From: Candidatus Krumholzibacteriia bacterium
GTDB taxonomy: Bacteria; Krumholzibacteriota; Krumholzibacteriia; LZORAL124-64-63
DNA: 51,774 nucleotides
Direction: 5' to 3'
NCBI GenBank assembly: GCA_023270185.1
Contig: JAGLCY010000066.1
Coordinates: 1 to 51,774 of the forward strand
The notes below the pieces were generated by a model. The model saw only the letters and a list, made by a program, of their open reading frames with translations, did no database searches and was not told the DNA's origin. Shown here piece by piece: positions 46,574-51,774 of the stretch. Numbering within the stretch: the first letter of the stretch is position 1; each line of letters begins with the position of its first letter. The position numbers and the translations under genes were made by a program.

Positions 46574-46838
46574 GTTCAGGGAGACCTCGCTAGGGGGTTA
46601 TCAACACAATCCCGCCTTGGGGCGGGAACGGGTTTCTGGAATGGTACAATACGAAGATAAATGCTTTAGACAAGACTTGGTTCCGCTTCAACGCGTCGAA
46701 AGTTGCATATCGGGGAAGTTTTTGCCAAGTTATTTGTGTCTGCATGAGCGGGGCTGCGTTTGCGGCCCCGCCCGCCGATGGAGCAGGACCGAATTCATGG
46801 ACTGGTTCCCGATTGAACTATTACCGGAAGGATCTGCA

Positions 46839-47414
46839 GTGAGCAGAACGACCATTCTTTTCGCATCAATGATGATTCTCGCCCTGGGGATGTTCGCCAT
46901 TTCCGGTTGCGGGGATAACTCCGATAACGACGAATCCGCCAGTGGCAACAGCGGCAGCGAGGCACAGGCCGCGGCTCCTGTCGCTGCCGGCAAGGGCAGC
47001 CCGGCCCCCGATTTCACTCTCAAGAAGGTCGGCGGCGGTGAGCTCCAGCTTTCCAGCCTGCGTGGCAAGGCCGTGATCGTTGATTTCTGGGACACCTGGT
47101 GCCCTCCCTGCCGCAAGGCCATGCCGCACCTGCAGGAACTGAGTGAAACCTACAGTGGCGACCTGGTTGTGGTGGGAGTGGCTTTGGGCCGTGAAGGCGA
47201 AGCCAAAGTCAAGGCCTTTGCCAAGGAGCGCGGGCTCACTTTTGACATGGTCCTTTTCAACAATGACCAGAAGCTCATCGCAGATTTCGGTGGGATCGAA
47301 AGCATTCCCACCACCTTTCTGATCGACGGTGACGGCATTATCAGGGAGACGTGGGTGGGAGCCTACGGGTTGGCTGAATACGAGAGGGCCGTCAAGGCTG
47401 TTCTCGGGTCCTGA
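46839..47414 (+). CDS. TlpA/ResA-family thioredoxin-like lipoprotein
   Basis: ISGC lipobox; APDFTL, DFWDTWCPPCR, IPTTFLID..G; GTG start 46839 with GGAAGGA RBS. Confidence 0.9.
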   Translation: MSRTTILFASMMILALGMFAISGCGDNSDNDESASGNSGSEAQAAAPVAAGKGSPAPDFTLKKVGGGELQLSSLRGKAVIVDFWDTWCPPCRKAMPHLQELSETYSGDLVVVGVALGREGEAKVKAFAKERGLTFDMVLFNNDQKLIADFGGIESIPTTFLIDGDGIIRETWVGAYGLAEYERAVKAVLGS

Positions 47415-47461
47415 CATTCGTTTTGTGCGACTTCAGTGGCTGAACGATGATTGAGGAAATG

Positions 47462-47501
47462 AAAAAACCCCTGGCTGTGGTATGAACCGTCAGCCAGGGG
47501 T
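47462..47501 (-). terminator. Intrinsic terminator on the minus strand
   Basis: Minus strand ACCCCTGGCTG...CAGCCAGGGGT followed by a T-tract, 13 nt after the small-ORF stop. Confidence 0.75.
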
Positions 47502-47514
47502 CAGAACGCGTTGG

Positions 47515-47583
47515 TCATTTTCTCAACCACCAAAAGAGATCGATCAAGGACAGTCCAACCAGAAAATATGTTTCGGGCGTCAT
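47515..47583 (-). CDS. Putative 22-aa small membrane protein MTPETYFLVGLSLIDLFWWLRK
   Basis: Translated by hand; GGAAAGGGGGG RBS 6 nt upstream of ATG; hydrophobic core with basic tail; promoter motifs upstream, terminator downstream. Confidence 0.55.
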   Translation of the reverse strand: MTPETYFLVGLSLIDLFWWLRK

Positions 47584-47632
47584 GCCGGTCCCCCCTTTCC
47601 GGGCCTGGGGTGAAACGATGCGAACTCATTGG

Positions 47633-47660
47633 GCATCGACCGGAATCCCGGGGTACTTGA
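47633..47660 (-). promoter_or_regulatory. Sigma-28 (FliA/SigD/WhiG)-like promoter, proximal copy
   Basis: Minus strand TCAA-N16-GTCGATGC. Confidence 0.45.
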
Positions 47661-47689
47661 GGGAATATTCACGCCTTCGAAACCCCTGA

Positions 47690-47716
47690 TCATCGGCCGG
47701 TTCCACCCTGGCTTGA
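47690..47716 (-). promoter_or_regulatory. Sigma-28 (FliA/SigD/WhiG)-like promoter, distal copy
   Basis: Minus strand TCAA-N15-GCCGATGA versus consensus TAAA-N15-GCCGATAA. Confidence 0.58.
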
Positions 47717-47743
47717 GCAAGAAGGGGGCCGAAGGGGTCATTT

Positions 47744-50245
47744 TTATTTTAAGTTCTTTATTTCCAATATGATTGCGGTTTTATCGTCAGATTTCTCTTC
47801 ACCTCCAAATGCATTGACGGCGGAAAAAATCTTTTCAATCAGACGCAGTGGTGAAAATTCGATATTGGCAGCCACCAGATCCAGAAGCCGTCCCAAATCG
47901 AAAAAATCCCCCAGTGGGTTCTGCTCCTCGGTCAGGCCGTCGGTGAACAGGAGCAACCGGTCTCCCGGTTCCAGGGCCAAGGTGCCTTCCCTGTAAAGAC
48001 GTTCGGTTTCCACTCCCAGGACGGGTCCGCCTTTTTTAAGTCTTTGCCGAAAAAAGACACGGGGTCGGAACAGGACAGGCGGGTCCATGCCGGCGTTGCA
48101 GTAGTGGATGATTCCGGTGGCGGGGTTCCAGATTCCGAAAAACAGACAGATGAAATTACCGGTCGAAACCAGGGATGCCACGACGGGGTTGAGTCGGTCC
48201 ATGACGGCCCGGGGACCTGTTCCGATTTTTGCCTCCCTGCGAAAAGCCACCACCAGTGAGGTCATCATCAAGGCGGCGGGAATACCTTTGCCGGAAACGT
48301 CGGCAATGGCGAACCCCAGGGTTCCATCCTCGAACTGGAAATAGTCGAAATAATCGCCCCCCACCATGCGGCAGGGTTCGTTGCGGCCGCAGATGCTGAA
48401 CAGGTCCGTATCCAGGGGACCGGTTGGCAGCAGGCGAGCCTGGATATCCCGGGCAACCTCGAGTTCGGTTTCCATACGCTTCTGGCGCAGGCTCTCCAGG
48501 TAGAGTTGTCGGCTCTCGATGAGTGAGGCGGCCTGAACAGCAAGGCCCCGAAGGTTCGCGAGGTCCTCCTGGCTGTAGAGGGCACCGCTGCTCTTGGGAC
48601 CGAAGGTCAGAAACCCGAGCAGACGGTTACCGGCGATCATGGGAACCAGCAGGGCCGCATTTATGCGGGTCAGTACTTTGAGCGATTCGGCATCCGTGTC
48701 GCCGGCGAAGAGATGGTCCTCCAACTCTTCCGCGAACACCGGTCGGCGGATTCGATTCAGCAAAATGGCCAGCCCGCTCTCCTGGTCCAGAAGGAAGTCA
48801 TCGTGAACCGTACCGGCCATGCGCGGCCGGAAGGGACCATGTCCATCGGCAGTGGACAGGAAAAGGGTGATACCGTCCGGCCGAAACAGATCGTCGAGGC
48901 TGGCCACAAGCGTCCGGATGACTTCTTCGGGATCGATCAAGCCGGTCAATTGGTCCGCCAGACGGGTCATGGCGCGCCGGTTGGCGCGCCGGGCGGGATA
49001 GAAGGCGTCGTCGATCATGCCCTGGATCCAGCGCCGCAACGGCAGGATGGCCAGGCTGCTGCCGGCCATCACCACCAGGAGCACTCGGTAGGTTTCCACC
49101 TGGAAGACCTGAGCGAGGAATTCTCCCAGCCCCAGCACGATCACGAAGTAGATCAGCAGAACCAGAAGGGTGATCAGGCCGTAGATCAAGCTGGTGCGGA
49201 CGACAAAGGCCGTGTCCAGGGCTCCGTAACGCAGGATGGCGAGTCCGAAACTCACCGGAACCAGCAGGAGGGAAAAAGCAAGGAACTGAAAGTGTGGAAG
49301 TGATGATCCGGGCGACAGGTTTTTCAGGAGCAGGGCCGCGAAAAAGGGTGTCAACCCGCAGACGAGTCCCAGCAGGATGACCTTGAGCTTGGTCCGTTGG
49401 ATGGGACGATCACGACGCATGACCCGGCGGGCGAAGATGACCAGACCGGTCAGGAAAAAGCCCAGGAGATAGAGCAGGGATATGATCCCCAGGGCATATT
49501 CGGGAAAGCCACCAGGCGCGGGATTCAGGAAAAACAGCCAGACAAAAAGGCCGAAGAGCACCCAGCCCGGAACCAGCAACAGGCGGAGCTGCTTTTTTTC
49601 CCGGGCCAATTTGCTGCGTGGGCTGGGGAACTGAAGAAAGAACCGCAGGAAATACGCCGGCAGCAGAAGTTGGAAAAGGTAGCGGATCATCTCCTTGGCG
49701 GTCATGTAGGCCACGCTGGTGTGGTCCGGGATATCCAACAGGAAAAACGCGAAGATGAAACACAGGGAGAAAAAGTTTCGCGCCACGGGATCGCGTCGGC
49801 GCAAAAGGACCCAGAACCCGATCATCAGAAAAGCGAGGCCGGATACCCACACCCCGTAACTGCGGATCATTTCGGCCTGCCGCGGAGTCGTGGGGGTGAT
49901 GATCACCATGCGTTCGGCACGGCCGCGCATGATTTTGACGGGGAGTGGAGTCAAGTCATGGTGGCCGGCCAGGGCTGCATAGTATGTGGGCATGTTGATG
50001 GTTGCCCGTCCGTCCACCGTCAGGATCAGGTCGTCCTTGCGCAGTCCCGCCTGCTCGGCCGGTCCGGCGACAACGACTTCGGCGACTTCCATGCGCCGCA
50101 CTGAGAACCCGAAATCGGGTTTTTGGGCGATGTGCAAAGTGACCGGCAGGGTGAGGGTCATCAACAACGGGGCAAGAAGATACAGGCCCAGCAGGCGGGT
50201 TACCCGCTCGAAGGTCGTTTCGCGATATACGGCCAGGTACCGCAT
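47744..50245 (-). CDS. Membrane-bound SpoIIE/RsbU-type PP2C phosphatase with PDZ and GAF domains
   Basis: GPAEQAGLRKDDLILTVDG (PDZ), multiple TMs, GAF-like LLVPM...LLGFL, EVARDIQ..LLP, VGGDYFD, IADVSGKG, FTDGLTE, DDKT. Confidence 0.9.
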   Translation of the reverse strand: MRYLAVYRETTFERVTRLLGLYLLAPLLMTLTLPVTLHIAQKPDFGFSVRRMEVAEVVVAGPAEQAGLRKDDLILTVDGRATINMPTYYAALAGHHDLTPLPVKIMRGRAERMVIITPTTPRQAEMIRSYGVWVSGLAFLMIGFWVLLRRRDPVARNFFSLCFIFAFFLLDIPDHTSVAYMTAKEMIRYLFQLLLPAYFLRFFLQFPSPRSKLAREKKQLRLLLVPGWVLFGLFVWLFFLNPAPGGFPEYALGIISLLYLLGFFLTGLVIFARRVMRRDRPIQRTKLKVILLGLVCGLTPFFAALLLKNLSPGSSLPHFQFLAFSLLLVPVSFGLAILRYGALDTAFVVRTSLIYGLITLLVLLIYFVIVLGLGEFLAQVFQVETYRVLLVVMAGSSLAILPLRRWIQGMIDDAFYPARRANRRAMTRLADQLTGLIDPEEVIRTLVASLDDLFRPDGITLFLSTADGHGPFRPRMAGTVHDDFLLDQESGLAILLNRIRRPVFAEELEDHLFAGDTDAESLKVLTRINAALLVPMIAGNRLLGFLTFGPKSSGALYSQEDLANLRGLAVQAASLIESRQLYLESLRQKRMETELEVARDIQARLLPTGPLDTDLFSICGRNEPCRMVGGDYFDYFQFEDGTLGFAIADVSGKGIPAALMMTSLVVAFRREAKIGTGPRAVMDRLNPVVASLVSTGNFICLFFGIWNPATGIIHYCNAGMDPPVLFRPRVFFRQRLKKGGPVLGVETERLYREGTLALEPGDRLLLFTDGLTEEQNPLGDFFDLGRLLDLVAANIEFSPLRLIEKIFSAVNAFGGEEKSDDKTAIILEIKNLK

Positions 50246-50380
50246 GAAAAGGCCACCAAGGTTGCAGGATCGGTTGTTGTGCAGGGATATTACCACATTG
50301 CTCCCGCTCGGGACAGATGTTAGATTCCGCATTCCTAGGAGTTTCAACGGATCGGTTCAAGGGCTTCGACAGGAGAGATC

Positions 50381-51774
50381 TTGACAGAAATCAGGAACAT
50401 GGCGCAATACACCCCCGACGGTATCGAACAGAAGTGGTATGCCGCCTGGGAAAAGGCCGGCCTTTTTGCTCCCGAAAGTTCAAACGGGAAGGATCCCTTC
50501 GTCATTACCCTGCCGCCCCCGAATGTGACGGGGATCCTGCATATGGGGCATTGCCTGGGCAATAGTATCCAGGACACCCTGATCAGATGGGCCAGGATGC
50601 ATGGCCGTCCCACGTTGTGGGTTCCCGGCACGGATCACGCCAGCATCGCCACCGAGCAGGTGGTCAGTCGTCAGATGGCCGCCGAAGGGATAGATAAACG
50701 TGAAGTCGGTCGCGACGTGTTTCTGGAACGGGCCTGGGCCTGGAAGGAACAAACCCACGGTCGGATCACTCAGCAGATCCGCCGCCTGGGTTGCTCTCTG
50801 GATTGGAGCCGCGAAGCCTTCACCATGGACGAGCAGCGCAACAAGGCGGTGACCGAGGCCTTTGTCCGGCTCAAGGAAAAAGGGCTGATTTATCGTGATG
50901 TCTATCTGGTCAACTGGTGTCCGCACGACCTGACCGCCATCAGTGACGACGAAGTCGAATACAAGGAGATCGAGGGTAGTCTCTGGCACCTTAAATATCC
51001 CCTGGCTGATGGCTCAGGTCACGTGACCGTGGCCACCACCCGGCCCGAAACCATGTTCGGCGATACCGCCGTGGCCGTCCATCCGAACGACCCTGACCGC
51101 AAGCATCTGATCGGAATGACCGTCAAGCTGCCCCTGACGGACCGGGAGATTCCCATCATCGGTGACCATCATGCCGATCCTGAAAAGGGCACGGGGTTCG
51201 TGAAGATCACACCGGCACACGACCCCAACGACTTCGAGGTGGGCCGCCGCCACGATCTGGAACAGGTCATCTGCATGACTCCGGCGGGGATCATGAACGA
51301 ACAGGCAGGGTCTTTCGAAGGCCTGGGTCGGCAGGAATGCCGTGAGGCCGTGGTCGAGGCCCTGGAGGCCGGCGGTCTGTTGGACAAGGTCGAGAAACAT
51401 GTGCACCAGGTCGGGCATCACGATCGGTGTGGTCACATCATCGAACCCTATCTGTCCCGACAGTGGTTCCTGAAGATGGACGAACTGGCCGCCCCCGCGG
51501 TTCGTGCCGTTGCCCAGGGGGATATCAAACTCTTTCCGGAACGCTGGGTGGGGGTGTACGACAACTGGATGAACAACATCCGGGACTGGTGCATCAGCCG
51601 GCAGCTCTGGTGGGGACACAGGATCCCGGTCTGGTATTGCGCGGATTGTGACGAGGAGATCGCCGCGCGTACGGAGCCGGACAAGTGCACTGCCTGTGGC
51701 GGGAGTCGGTTGGTCCAGGAGGAGGATGTGCTGGACACCTGGTTCAGCAGCTGGCTGTGGACCTTCTCGCCGCT
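50381..51774 (+). CDS. valS: Valyl-tRNA synthetase (5' part, runs off the window)
   Basis: Not in the ORF track because it has no stop; read by hand: LPPPNVTGILHMGH (HIGH), PGTDHASIATE, ATTRPET, GTGFVKITPAHDPNDF, DWCISRQLWWGHRIP, DVLDTWFSS; TTG start with AGGAG RBS. Confidence 0.97.
   Translation, partial: MTEIRNMAQYTPDGIEQKWYAAWEKAGLFAPESSNGKDPFVITLPPPNVTGILHMGHCLGNSIQDTLIRWARMHGRPTLWVPGTDHASIATEQVVSRQMAAEGIDKREVGRDVFLERAWAWKEQTHGRITQQIRRLGCSLDWSREAFTMDEQRNKAVTEAFVRLKEKGLIYRDVYLVNWCPHDLTAISDDEVEYKEIEGSLWHLKYPLADGSGHVTVATTRPETMFGDTAVAVHPNDPDRKHLIGMTVKLPLTDREIPIIGDHHADPEKGTGFVKITPAHDPNDFEVGRRHDLEQVICMTPAGIMNEQAGSFEGLGRQECREAVVEALEAGGLLDKVEKHVHQVGHHDRCGHIIEPYLSRQWFLKMDELAAPAVRAVAQGDIKLFPERWVGVYDNWMNNIRDWCISRQLWWGHRIPVWYCADCDEEIAARTEPDKCTACGGSRLVQEEDVLDTWFSSWLWTFSP

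Noticed and set aside
46530-46838. N-terminal ~100-aa extension of TlpA in the ORF track
   Set aside because: It overlaps the dsbD start and divergent promoter region; the lipoprotein signal begins at GTG 46839.
47515-47583. Firm assignment of the small peptide as an Fst/Ldr type I toxin
   Set aside because: It lacks the conserved AP motif, and I could not identify an antisense RNA or flanking repeats; kept only as one hypothesis.
50381-50386. Perfect TTGACA as a -35 box
   Set aside because: It coincides with the likely TTG start of valS (AGGAG RBS 5 nt upstream) and has no matching -10 box.
1-51774. rRNA, tRNA, riboswitch (e.g. SAM before metK, T-box before valS), IS, integrase or phage genes
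   Set aside because: No such motifs recognised; the metK leader is only 60 nt and the valS leader shows no T-box features. An Infernal/Rfam scan would be needed to exclude small RNAs.

Overview
GC-rich, gene-dense bacterial chromosomal window of mostly core and envelope genes. I found no rRNA, tRNA, CRISPR array or mobile element. Gene order: orphan ORF, trxB, rplU-rpmA, then a long cluster kdsB-pyrG-kdsA-kdsC-kdsD-lpxL-lptC-lptB-rpoN-hpf-hprK-mannose-type PTS EIIA/B/C/D-HPr-EI-PGI/PMI-sugar nucleotidyltransferase-metK. Next come a PKD lipoprotein and lptG-lptF (minus strand), divergent from a ~2200-aa SprA-like (type IX secretion translocon family) gene and a glutaminyl-cyclase-like M28 enzyme. 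These are followed by a zinc-ribbon protein with a putative RomX-like C-terminus, an orphan ORF, a degenerate MglA-like small GTPase, a TPR protein, uppP, an orphan CheY, a DUF4139 protein, a GT-C-like/TPR membrane protein, a short Bacteroidota-like sigma-70, yigZ, an outer-membrane protein, an FG-GAP protein, a DsbD-like protein, TlpA, a PDZ-TM-GAF-PP2C phosphatase and the 5' part of valS. SprA, the sigma signature and the gene order suggest an FCB-related diderm lineage such as Gemmatimonadota, Latescibacterota or Krumholzibacteriota (inference only). Strongest leads: (1) a possible Myxococcus-like polarity module (RomX-like, degenerate MglA, TPR, CheY) beside sprA, with back-to-back sigma-54 motifs; (2) an unannotated 22-aa membrane peptide with two tandem sigma-28 motifs, an RBS and a terminator; (3) a DsbD whose N-terminal domain has no cysteines; (4) a signal peptide of the glutaminyl cyclase split by a one-base shift in a T6 run. 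All family calls come from recognising motifs by eye; no database searches were run.
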